Assembly (NCBI GenBank): GCA_039810425.1
Contig: JBDHWW010000005.1
Coordinates: 35,925-99,924 of the forward strand
Length of the DNA stretch: 64,000 nt
Reading direction: 5' to 3'
DNA from: Pseudobdellovibrionaceae bacterium
GTDB lineage: Bacteria; Bdellovibrionota; Bdellovibrionia; Bdellovibrionales; Bdellovibrionaceae
In this document: piece after piece, positions 8,902-17,474 of the stretch
Position numbering within the stretch: the stretch's first letter is position 1
Layout of the letters: every line of letters begins with the position of its first letter
Notes under the pieces: model-generated
The model's input: only the letters and a program-made list of their open reading frames with translations
What the model was told of the DNA's origin: nothing
The model's database searches: none
Made by a program: the position numbers and the translations under genes

Positions 8902-9792
8902 TTACTCGGTTTGGACGACAGCCGAGGGCCTGAAGCTGACATTGAAGCTATACTTGAGATGAATAAAATGATCGTCCTCGACCATTTCCTGAGGGGGATT
9001 GGGAAACATGCCGGCCTCTTTGAAGGCCAAAACGGCGGCTTGGTCAAAACGCGGAATGCCGGATTCTTTCAAAATGTGCGCCGAGTGGTAGCGGCCATCT
9101 TTTGTAAGCCAAATATCAACCGCCGTGATCCAGTTGCGGCGGCCGACAACGCTCAAGACGTAATTGCGGTCCAAGGTATCGACAACGGCACGAACGCGGC
9201 TTTCCCATCGGAAGCGAACAAGCTCTTCGATGCGTGCATAGAAAGAATAATACGTATAGCGATCGGTATTGAGTGCCGTGAAGCTACCGATCGAAACATC
9301 TTGCGGCAGGGCCTCGCCCACCGTGGAAGGAGCTTCTTGCGCGCTTTGCGCATACTCCTTCAGGTTTTTAGCAATGTCGATTCCCTCAGGATCGTAGTCC
9401 TTCGGCTGCTCTTTGCGCGGATCCTTTTGTTGCTTGAGCTTCTTGTCTTTGGACTCTGAAGAATTCTTCTGGCCGGCGGCGCGGTTTTGAGTCATGCCAC
9501 TCGCCGCCGCTTGCATCTCTTTGCGGACGCGCTGTTTATCTGCGGAAAGAAAACGCGCAAGATCCGTGTCGTCTTCTTTCAGCTCCTTTTTCGGAGCTAA
9601 GGCTTGGCGAACGATCTGGCGGTCATTTTTCTTTTCAGCTTTCTGTTGCGCGGTGGTTTTGGGCGTTTCGACCAATTCGATCGTGGTAATATCAATCGGT
9701 TTTGGCTCAAAATAAGGCGCCCCCTTATCCAAGACAAGGGCCAAGAGGGAATGGACGATCAAGCTGAGGATCAAAGCGCGCAAAATGCTCAT
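8902..9792 (-). CDS. TonB-family energy transducer
   Basis: N-terminal TM with SxxxH motif; C-terminal SG...FDQAA...F...FPNPP. Confidence 0.8.
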   Translation of the reverse strand: MSILRALILSLIVHSLLALVLDKGAPYFEPKPIDITTIELVETPKTTAQQKAEKKNDRQIVRQALAPKKELKEDDTDLARFLSADKQRVRKEMQAAASGMTQNRAAGQKNSSESKDKKLKQQKDPRKEQPKDYDPEGIDIAKNLKEYAQSAQEAPSTVGEALPQDVSIGSFTALNTDRYTYYSFYARIEELVRFRWESRVRAVVDTLDRNYVLSVVGRRNWITAVDIWLTKDGRYHSAHILKESGIPRFDQAAVLAFKEAGMFPNPPQEMVEDDHFIHLKYSFNVSFRPSAVVQTE

Positions 9793-9840
9793 CTTGTCTC
9801 ACTATAGAACGATCCTGGACTAAAATCCAAGTCTGACGGC

Positions 9841-9867
9841 TAAAGTTGAAACGATTTCTGCCGAAAA
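9841..9867 (+). promoter_or_regulatory. Putative sigma28 (FliA) promoter
   Basis: TAAA-N15-GCCGAAAA upstream of the PilZ gene. Confidence 0.7.
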
Positions 9868-9891
9868 GTGATTGTTGCTATCGGGGGTAAA

Positions 9892-10398
9892 ATGGCAAAG
9901 GTCATTGATATCACAAGTCGTGTAAAGTCTCAGAACTCTTCGGAAAAACTGAAACAACCCGCCGCTCCTGTATTGGATATGACGGTGGCGCGTGAAGAAA
10001 TGCTCAACAAGGATCGTCGTGAAGTCAAAAGAACGATCCTGACCGAGTTTGTCGGCGCTTATGTGGTCCTGCCTGAGAAGGGTCTCATGAAAGTGACTCT
10101 GTATGATATCTCAGAAAATGGAATCGCTTTTGATCTCGGGCTTCAGGAGGGCATGTTTCTCGAAGGCGAAGAGATCGCTTTCCGCGTTTACCTGAATCAT
10201 ACGACATACTTTCCGTTCACGGTTTCTGTGCTGAACTCCCGCCGCCTGGATGACGAAGCCGTGATCCGTCACGGGGCTCAGTTTGTAAAAGGCACGGTGA
10301 ACGATGTTGCGCTTCATCATTTTGTTAAGTTCATCGAGAATGTGAGCGCAGGTCTTCGCAAAGACGATGGTGATATCCTCGTTTCAAATATCTCGTAA
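9892..10398 (+). CDS. PilZ-domain c-di-GMP receptor
   Basis: RxxxR (REVKR) and DxSxxG (DISENG) motifs; GGGGG before ATG 9892. Confidence 0.85.
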   Translation: MAKVIDITSRVKSQNSSEKLKQPAAPVLDMTVAREEMLNKDRREVKRTILTEFVGAYVVLPEKGLMKVTLYDISENGIAFDLGLQEGMFLEGEEIAFRVYLNHTTYFPFTVSVLNSRRLDDEAVIRHGAQFVKGTVNDVALHHFVKFIENVSAGLRKDDGDILVSNIS

Positions 10399-10452
10399 AT
10401 TTTCCGGTTTTGTTTTAACCGATAATCTTGAAACCTTTTCGTGGACATTGGC

Positions 10453-10484
10453 CAGGCCTTATTGTCGAATAGACTTAAGGCCTG
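10453..10484 (+). other. Hairpin between pilZ-like gene and phoH (terminator or leader structure)
   Basis: CAGGCCTTA...TAAGGCCTG inverted repeat. Confidence 0.45.
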
Positions 10485-10522
10485 ATTCATTTTCGAAGCA
10501 AGCCATCCACGGAGGGTAAAAG

Positions 10523-11842
10523 TTGAGTAAATCCAAACGCAGAAAAATTGTCGTTGATACCAATGTCATTCTTTTCGATGCTCAGGCCATTCTTCGCTTC
10601 GGCGAAGCAGATGTCCACATTCCTATTTCCGTCATTGAAGAAGTTGATAAGTTCAAACGCGATCAAGGTGAAAACGGTCGTAACGCCCGCCAGTTTAGCC
10701 GCTTCGTGGATGTCCTCAGGGCAAAAGGTTCTTTGGCTCAAGGGGTTCAGCTCGACAACAGCGAAACGGTCGTTTACATCAGCACGGACTTGATGCTCGG
10801 TGGGATGCCCCCGGAGTTTGATCAGGCCAAAGCGGATAACAGAATTTTGAACACGGCCCTTGCTTTGCAAAAACAACATCCCCGCACGAAAGTGGAATTG
10901 ATCACGAAAGACATCAATCTGCGTATCAAGGCGGACGTCTATGGCATTTTCGCCAAAGACTATGAGCCAACCGATGTTTCCCAAGAGGACATGTACGAAG
11001 GCTATCTCGAACTCGAGATTTCTCCGGAGCGCATCGATGCTTTCTACAAAGATAAAAAGTATGTTCCAGACGGGGTGAAGCTTTATGCGAATCAATACGT
11101 GATCATGAAAGACGCATCGAACCCGAATCACTCGGCGATCGGCCGTTACTCGCAAGCGGACCAGGCGATCATTCCTTTGATCAATCCGTCTGATAGCATT
11201 TGGGGCGTTCACGCACGCAACGTCGAGCAGGCGTTTGCTCTCGATAGTTTGCTGAATGATGACATTCTGTTTGTTTCACTGGTGGGTAAGGCGGGAACAG
11301 GGAAGACCCTGATGGCGTTAGCCGCGGGTTTGTTTAAAACCCTGGATGAAGGCCGTTTTCAAAGGCTTCTGGTGTCGCGCCCGATCTTTCCGATGGGTAA
11401 AGACATTGGTTACTTGCCGGGGGACATTGAACAGAAACTCAACCCTTGGATGCAGCCGATTTTTGATAACGTCGAATTTTTGATGGGAGCGGATAAAAAG
11501 GCTTCTGGCCGGGCGCAAGAGCTGATCAATCAAGGTATGCTGAACATCGAACCGTTGACATACATTCGTGGCCGAAGTATTCCTAAACAATATTTAATTG
11601 TGGATGAGGCGCAAAACTTAACTCCGCACGAGATCAAAACCATCGTGACCCGTGCGGGACGTGGAACCAAAGTGATTCTGACTGGAGACGTTTACCAGAT
11701 CGACAATCCGTACGTTGACTCGGCGAATAGCGGCCTGACTTACGCAGTAGAGCGTTTCAAAGGCCACCCCATTGCCGGACACGTGACCCTCACTAAAGGT
11801 GAGCGTTCCGAGCTTGCAGAGCTGGCGGCAAATATTCTGTAA
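10523..11842 (+). CDS. phoH: PhoH2-type protein (PIN nuclease + PhoH ATPase)
   Basis: VVDTNV PIN start; GKAGTGKT; IGYLPG; YIRGRS; DEAQN; GDVYQID. Confidence 0.93.
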   Translation: MSKSKRRKIVVDTNVILFDAQAILRFGEADVHIPISVIEEVDKFKRDQGENGRNARQFSRFVDVLRAKGSLAQGVQLDNSETVVYISTDLMLGGMPPEFDQAKADNRILNTALALQKQHPRTKVELITKDINLRIKADVYGIFAKDYEPTDVSQEDMYEGYLELEISPERIDAFYKDKKYVPDGVKLYANQYVIMKDASNPNHSAIGRYSQADQAIIPLINPSDSIWGVHARNVEQAFALDSLLNDDILFVSLVGKAGTGKTLMALAAGLFKTLDEGRFQRLLVSRPIFPMGKDIGYLPGDIEQKLNPWMQPIFDNVEFLMGADKKASGRAQELINQGMLNIEPLTYIRGRSIPKQYLIVDEAQNLTPHEIKTIVTRAGRGTKVILTGDVYQIDNPYVDSANSGLTYAVERFKGHPIAGHVTLTKGERSELAELAANIL

Positions 11843-11885
11843 TTGAGAGCAATAGCATCAAGAAAAGTCAAAAATGTGTTCTTTT

Positions 11886-11913
11886 TGCAACAGGCAAAGA
11901 CTTGCCTGTTGCA
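11886..11913. repeat. Perfect 12-bp inverted repeat
   Basis: TGCAACAGGCAA-agac-TTGCCTGTTGCA. Confidence 0.85.
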
Positions 11914-11967
11914 TCTTCTTAGCTTTCTATAAGAGCCTGTCAAAAAAATGAGAAAGGCTCGTTCAGC

Positions 11968-12387
11968 ATGGTTACCAATAATAACAACGGTAGAGATAAA
12001 GAAGTTGGATTTAAGGCGAATGTGGAAGTGAAAGTGACCGACCAAATGGTTCGTCAGTTTGCTGAAATGTCTGGCGACTTCAATCCTATTCATCTCGATG
12101 ACAACTATGCAAAGACCACGCGATTTGGTCGCCGTATCGCCCATGGCATGATCGTGGGGGCATTGATCTCTCGCGCCTTGAACGAAAAAATTGGACAGGG
12201 TGGAGTTTATCTCGGACAAAACTTAAAATTTGTGAATCCTGTTTTCATTGATGACGTAGTAAACATAGAATTGACTATCACCGGTCTTCGCAAGGAAAAG
12301 GGAATTGCGACTGTCGATACCACTGCGAAAAAGCAAACTGGTGAGACGGTGGTTAAAGGCGAAGCCATCATTATGATGTCTCAATAA
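11968..12387 (+). CDS. MaoC-family (R)-hydratase/dehydratase
   Basis: SGDFNPIHLD...FGRRIAHG hydratase motif. Confidence 0.92.
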   Translation: MVTNNNNGRDKEVGFKANVEVKVTDQMVRQFAEMSGDFNPIHLDDNYAKTTRFGRRIAHGMIVGALISRALNEKIGQGGVYLGQNLKFVNPVFIDDVVNIELTITGLRKEKGIATVDTTAKKQTGETVVKGEAIIMMSQ

Positions 12388-12470
12388 AAACTCAAGTATT
12401 TGTGCTTTCGATTAAATAATCAAAATTAAGTTTGCACGATGAACTTTGGTTCATATATATTTTTTTGAAC

Positions 12471-13142
12471 ATGAGTTTACCGACGCTACTTTTGATAGAC
12501 GACGATCGCGAGTTTCTCAAGGCGCAAACTGCTGCTTTTGGCTCGGGCTATGATGTGGTGTCTGTCGACGGCGTAAACTCTGCCCTGCAAATTCTCAAGA
12601 TAAAAGAATTCGATTGTGTGCTGGTTGATTACTTTTTGAGTGATGGCAACGGGCACGATGTTGCAAGTTGGATTGCGGGCAACATGCCTTGGTGCCCTGT
12701 CATTCTGGTCAGCGCGCGCCTCGATAAAAAAATTGCTGTCGATTCGTTTTCCCATCGAGTTTTTGATGTTCTTGAAAAACCTTATTCTCTTGAAACCGTG
12801 TTGGTTAAAGTGCACGCGGCCTTGCTTGAGGCCAAGGAAAAGAAAGAAGTTATCACTCGTAAGTCGAGCCATACTTGGTCCCTGGACCGCGAAAGAAGAG
12901 CCTTCCGCTGCGGTTCTGAAGTGATCATGTTGACTTCGACTGAAGTTAAAATTTTAGATGTCCTCATTCTGGCCACAAACCAAGTCGTGTCTCGCGACAA
13001 ACTGGTGCGGGCTATTTGGGGCTCCATGAACGTCGCCGATAATACTCTGGATACTCATCTGACAAATCTCCGCAAGAAAGCTCCCTTTTTTAAGACCATG
13101 ATCAAAGGCATTCGTGGTGTTGGCTATATTTTCGAGCCATAG
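12471..13142 (+). CDS. OmpR-type response regulator
   Basis: IDDD, phospho-acceptor D (VDY), SA, KP; winged helix LTSTE...DTHLTNLRKK...IRGVGY. Confidence 0.9.
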   Translation: MSLPTLLLIDDDREFLKAQTAAFGSGYDVVSVDGVNSALQILKIKEFDCVLVDYFLSDGNGHDVASWIAGNMPWCPVILVSARLDKKIAVDSFSHRVFDVLEKPYSLETVLVKVHAALLEAKEKKEVITRKSSHTWSLDRERRAFRCGSEVIMLTSTEVKILDVLILATNQVVSRDKLVRAIWGSMNVADNTLDTHLTNLRKKAPFFKTMIKGIRGVGYIFEP

Positions 13143-13150
13143 GAGCAGCT

Positions 13151-14350
13151 TTGGAAAAATATAAAAAAGCCAGTATTGTGGGTCTTTGCCTTTATTTTGT
13201 TATTTCCACTCTTATCACATTTCAAGAGTACCCTGCCGTGCTCGAGGGGCGGGAGCTTTATCTCGGCACGAAGATCATTTTGCAAATCTGGTTGTTGGGT
13301 ATTTGTATTTGGTACCCGATGAATCCATATGGTCTCGGGCCGAATATCATGGTGGGCATTCATGTCATCGTTTCAAACATCCATGGGCAGTTCTTCTCGC
13401 CGTGGTATGTGTTTTCATATGTTGAAATGATTCTGGCATATTCATTTCTGTTTCCGGTGCCGCGAAAGCCCTTTAACATTTTGTTGGTTGTGGGAACCGC
13501 GGCGTTCTTGGTTATTTCAATCTATCGTTATGATGAAGTCCATCGGTGGATGTACGAATCCCAGCCGATGGACCTGGTGACCACAACTGTTTCCGCAGCC
13601 ATAGTTGCGTGGGTGTGCCATAACTTTTTCACCGCGGACCGGACCTATCGTGAAGAGCTCGTTCGTAAATTCGGTATTATCGGTGTGCAGGCAGCAACGA
13701 TCGTCCACGACATTAAAAGTATGCTCTCGGCGCCGCGTCTCTATACGGACCTTTTAAAGCAAAAAATCCCGCAGAGCGATCCGGAGCTCAGCTCCTTGGT
13801 GGATAGTCTTGAAAAGCAACTTATGAATATCAATCGGGCAGTGACGGGGCTTAACCAAGTGGTGGCGTTACAGGATCAAAAGAAAGAAGAGTTCTCTATC
13901 CGTGATGTTGTCATCGAAGTCGGAGAAACGCTGAGCTTGCAGTCGCGCAATATAGAGCTGCAAACACGCGACGATCTCCGCATGATCACCGAGAAGGCTT
14001 TGGTAAAATCCATTTTGTTCAACATTATGATGAACTCCATCCACGCCTTCCGCCGGAATAAAATCTCGCATCCATTGATTCGCGTGGTCTGTGATGGCGA
14101 TGCCTTTGTGATCTCCGATAATGCCGGCGGCTTCCCGGAAGAAATTTTGCGATCGATTGCAGACTATCGTTTTGATGCCTTTGATGGGACCGGTATGGGG
14201 CTCTTCCTGGTGTGGAATGGAGTGCAGACCCTCGGCGGCCGTGTCTACTTTGCTAATGGGATTGATGGCGCTCAAATTCGGATTTCCGTGCCGCTAAGGA
14301 CCCAAGCGCAGGGTCGCAAAACCCTTGGTTATTTTCTGCGGCCCTCTTAG
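13151..14350 (+). CDS. Membrane sensor histidine kinase
   Basis: About 5 TM segments; H-box VHDIKS; N box; DNAGG; GTGMGL. Confidence 0.85.
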   Translation: MEKYKKASIVGLCLYFVISTLITFQEYPAVLEGRELYLGTKIILQIWLLGICIWYPMNPYGLGPNIMVGIHVIVSNIHGQFFSPWYVFSYVEMILAYSFLFPVPRKPFNILLVVGTAAFLVISIYRYDEVHRWMYESQPMDLVTTTVSAAIVAWVCHNFFTADRTYREELVRKFGIIGVQAATIVHDIKSMLSAPRLYTDLLKQKIPQSDPELSSLVDSLEKQLMNINRAVTGLNQVVALQDQKKEEFSIRDVVIEVGETLSLQSRNIELQTRDDLRMITEKALVKSILFNIMMNSIHAFRRNKISHPLIRVVCDGDAFVISDNAGGFPEEILRSIADYRFDAFDGTGMGLFLVWNGVQTLGGRVYFANGIDGAQIRISVPLRTQAQGRKTLGYFLRPS

Positions 14351-14398
14351 GGCGACGGGTTGGGTTGCTTCGGTTCTAATCGGTCGATGGTGGGTATT

Positions 14399-14558
14399 TG
14401 ACCCCTTTAAATGTTGATAGCAAGAGTCTTGTTCTCGGTAAAACGCTTACACGCCCAGTTGACGGGCACGGCGAGGACCATCCGTCTGTGAGAATGGGGT
14501 CTTTTGGCCATCGTAGCCAGCTCTTATCAACATTTAGCGGGACTAGTTTTTGAAATTC
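14399..14558. repeat. Two inverted copies of a dispersed intergenic repeat
   Basis: TGACCCCTTTAAATGTTGATAG (+, 14399) and TTCAAAAACTAGTCCCGCTAAATGTTGATAAGAGCTGG (-, 14517-14558); related copies at 19749 and 25059. Confidence 0.55.
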
Positions 14559-14642
14559 AGCCAATGACGCAAAAGCAAAAAGCGCTTTTGATTGCCTTCA
14601 TCAAAGGCCCGACTAAAGTTGAGTGCTAGGGGGGGATTACCT

Positions 14643-15980
14643 ATGAAACTAGCAACTATGGGGCTTTTGGGGGCTTTGGCGTTTGCCACAGTTCAAGCTT
14701 CCGCAGCCGATATGCCTTATGCAGACAAAGATTTTGCCTGCATCACTCAACAACAAGCGAAGAAATATGCAAGCGACTTTCAAGTCGACGTGGATTCCTT
14801 TGGCGGCCTGGAGCTTTGCAATAGCAACGTGGATTCCAAGAAGTTGTTCAATGATTTGCAAATCATTGAACAAGGTCAGTTCGCGGCCGGGACTTCGAAT
14901 TTATTGATCAAAGGTTACGTTCCAGCGGATCAGTACTACGGTTGGATGAAATCACAAACGCGCGGTATGAATCGTGGTAATGACGTGCCTTATGCAACAG
15001 CCTACAACCGCTGGGGTTATTTCACGATGCAGGATGGTTGGGCGAAATTGTCCGCTTTAGGCCGCGTAGGAACCGTGATTCACGAAGCACGTCACACCGC
15101 GGGCTATCGTCACTATCCTTGCAACCAAGGTCCTTATATGGGGGCAAACCTTGATGGCTGCGATCAGAATTATGCGCAAGCGGGTTCCCATGCAATTGAA
15201 ATGGAGTATTACGCACGCGTGAGCGTTGCTGGTCAGAACTTCCATCCCGTCTATAAAGCGATGGCGCGGTTGATGGCGATGGGCCGCACAAACTTCGTGT
15301 TCAACCAGTCTCCAATTAAAAAGCGCGAAGCGGTGATGGCTCTTGAAGACAGCCAAGGTCCGGTGCTTTTCGACGGGACTAATAAATTTCAACGTGAAGG
15401 CACTGACTTTGTTGGCCGGTTGAAACGCACTTCTTTCGGTGCGGCGATCTTCAATGGCGTGCAAGCAGTGGCTCTGGACTTGTATGAGCTGAACGGTTCT
15501 CATCCAAGCATCAACGATGACTACTCTTACTTCAAACTTTTGGGCATGAGTCAAATGGGTTCGCTCAAAGACTTCGAAGAGTATGACCGTAATCAAAAAC
15601 GTTACGTGGCTGTCGTGACGGGTTCTAATCAGTTGGCAACTTATAACTTCCCCCGTGGTGCATGGAACAGTCCAAGCCAGTTGCAAATCATGGTTGATAG
15701 AACCGCGACGACTTTGCCAACAGGCGAGCAGGGGTATTTCCTGATTAGCAATGGTGATGTTTACTCCGTGAATGGTGACAATCAGCAAGTGACGTCCGTT
15801 GGTAAAAAATGGGACGCACAAGTTCAGAGTGTTGTCTTGCTTGGGGGAAAGGCCTTGATTCTTAAAAATGACGGCGTGATCTATCAAAGAAATGCTGACG
15901 GCTCAGAATCCGTTTTTGATGGTGGTAAGTACACGCAAATGGTGAATGTGCCTCTTTACGACGCCTTTGAGGTGAAGTAG
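14643..15980 (+). CDS. Secreted HExxH zinc-metallopeptidase-like protein
   Basis: Signal peptide; VIHEARH with a downstream Glu (HAIEME); beta-rich C-terminal half. Confidence 0.7.
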   Translation: MKLATMGLLGALAFATVQASAADMPYADKDFACITQQQAKKYASDFQVDVDSFGGLELCNSNVDSKKLFNDLQIIEQGQFAAGTSNLLIKGYVPADQYYGWMKSQTRGMNRGNDVPYATAYNRWGYFTMQDGWAKLSALGRVGTVIHEARHTAGYRHYPCNQGPYMGANLDGCDQNYAQAGSHAIEMEYYARVSVAGQNFHPVYKAMARLMAMGRTNFVFNQSPIKKREAVMALEDSQGPVLFDGTNKFQREGTDFVGRLKRTSFGAAIFNGVQAVALDLYELNGSHPSINDDYSYFKLLGMSQMGSLKDFEEYDRNQKRYVAVVTGSNQLATYNFPRGAWNSPSQLQIMVDRTATTLPTGEQGYFLISNGDVYSVNGDNQQVTSVGKKWDAQVQSVVLLGGKALILKNDGVIYQRNADGSESVFDGGKYTQMVNVPLYDAFEVK

Positions 15981-16639
15981 TGAAGAAGCTTCAAGCAGTA
16001 TTGATTGTAGGATTGTTGATTGCGGTGGGCACTGTCTGGCGCAACCTGCAAGAGATTGAAACGAGCAGCCCTTTGCTGAACGCGACGAACTCTGCCTCTT
16101 CTTCTGCTCCTGGGGCTCTTTCCGCAAGCATAAATCCAACAGCGGTGAAAGCAGCTGATAATTTCGCAGCCCAAGTTCAAGAGGAAGCGGCTGCGATGTC
16201 TCAAATGAACGATCATCCGGAAGAAGTGCAGAAGCGTTTAAAGGCCTTGGCCGACAAGATGAAGGAATCCGACGTTTCAAGGCTTCAGCAAAATGCTTTG
16301 AATCCAAACTTGAATGGCGATCAGAGATTCTTGTCCGTTTACATTTTGGGGGAAAGCACTTTGGCAAAAGCGCAAGAAAGTCTTGAAGCCATTGCGACAG
16401 CATCGATTCCTGAAACACACGAAGGCCGCTTGACCACACAAGAGGAAATTATTCGTGGTCAAGCTGTCGAGTCGATCCGTCAAGTGGATACACTTAAGCG
16501 TGTGTTGGCTCATTCAGACAACACGTTTATCAATGATCGTGCGCAAAGAAATTTGCTCTATTTGGAGGGCAAGGCGTCCTCTCCGGAGCAACAAGATCAG
16601 GAAGCGCTTACGCGGCTTCTCAAAAAGAATTCTCGCTAG
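15980..16639 (+). CDS. Membrane-anchored helical hypothetical protein
   Basis: TAGTG stop/start overlap with the upstream gene; GAGGTG RBS; N-terminal TM. Confidence 0.75.
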   Translation: MKKLQAVLIVGLLIAVGTVWRNLQEIETSSPLLNATNSASSSAPGALSASINPTAVKAADNFAAQVQEEAAAMSQMNDHPEEVQKRLKALADKMKESDVSRLQQNALNPNLNGDQRFLSVYILGESTLAKAQESLEAIATASIPETHEGRLTTQEEIIRGQAVESIRQVDTLKRVLAHSDNTFINDRAQRNLLYLEGKASSPEQQDQEALTRLLKKNSR

Positions 16640-16650
16640 AATCTCCAATA

Positions 16651-17250
16651 TCACGAAACGCTTGAGAAACTGAGATTTTTTGTAATCTGTGGGTAGTGAC
16701 CTTCAAGCCACAAAGAAAGTTGCGACATATAAGGATCGTCAACGTATTCACTGGCAAGCAACATTGAATGACCAAACTCTTCAGCGGCGATTGGGTCTAG
16801 GCTGCGATCAACAAGATCCGCGACTCTTTCAATAGTATAGAAATCCTCTTGAACACCCCAGGAAAGCCGAGAGTGGTTGGCAAAGAAATCTTCGCCGACT
16901 TTTTTATCGATACTGTTGATATCGGTAACAATGTCCACCAAGCTTTGCATTTCACCCTCAGTTTTTGGGGTTTGGCCGTAGAAGGCATAAAGTCTCTGCA
17001 CTGGTAGATCGCGGTGAGAGTAATTAAACCGCGGCAGTTGAGACCGGGATGCGATGGTTTTTGAAAAATCATGCAAGGCCAAGAAGTTCGCCAAGATCCC
17101 ACGGTGTAGGCCGGGGAACTGGTGTTGGGCGAGGGTTAGGCCTAGCTTAATAACGCGTTCTCGGTGCAGTTCTATATGGTGCTGAAATTCTAAAAATGTT
17201 CTCACGGCTGGTTTTGCTCCTACAACAGTACTGACTTTCAAATAAAGCAA
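16651..17250 (-). CDS. Hypothetical protein with HD-domain-like motif
   Basis: H..H...V, LHDFSK, VADLVD spacing; start uncertain. Confidence 0.5.
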   Translation of the reverse strand: MLYLKVSTVVGAKPAVRTFLEFQHHIELHRERVIKLGLTLAQHQFPGLHRGILANFLALHDFSKTIASRSQLPRFNYSHRDLPVQRLYAFYGQTPKTEGEMQSLVDIVTDINSIDKKVGEDFFANHSRLSWGVQEDFYTIERVADLVDRSLDPIAAEEFGHSMLLASEYVDDPYMSQLSLWLEGHYPQITKNLSFSSVS

Positions 17251-17414
17251 AAGGTCGGCCGCGATGCCTTCCCACGGACTGCCTCTGTATTTGAGCTGGC
17301 ATGCCAGATCTGACGAAATTGGTTCCCGGGGGTGTTAACGGCGCCTATTTTAGGCCCCTGTCTAAGATTGAGACAGCGACCATCGACCGTGGAAAGCTAA
17401 AAACGATTTGGTTG

Positions 17415-17430
17415 TGGCACCTTCCGTGCA
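17415..17430 (+). promoter_or_regulatory. Putative sigma54 promoter
   Basis: TGGCAC-CTTCC-GTGCA, about 45 bp before ATG 17475. Confidence 0.6.
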
Positions 17431-17474
17431 TCCATTGATGCCTGACTCATTTTGCGGTCAAAGGAGTTCTATCT

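Noticed and set aside
10396..10425. Sigma28 promoter for phoH (TAAA...ACCGATAA)
   Set aside because: The spacer is 18 nt rather than 15; only the -10 element fits.
10523..11842. PIN-PhoH as a toxin-antitoxin system
   Set aside because: No antitoxin-sized gene upstream; stand-alone PhoH2 is widespread.
14376..14564. 62-aa ORF in the repeat-containing intergenic region
   Set aside because: No RBS or recognisable motif; it overlaps the inverted repeats and is likely spurious.
14560..14590. GACGCAAAAGC as part of a c-di-GMP-I riboswitch
   Set aside because: The upstream GGCAAAC...GAAA stem and the second hairpin are absent.
15057..15887. Long antisense ORFs (this one and e.g. 6282-6980, 10487-11212, 31226-31909, 49805-50521)
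   Set aside because: Shadows of well-supported genes on the opposite strand, with no motifs or RBS.
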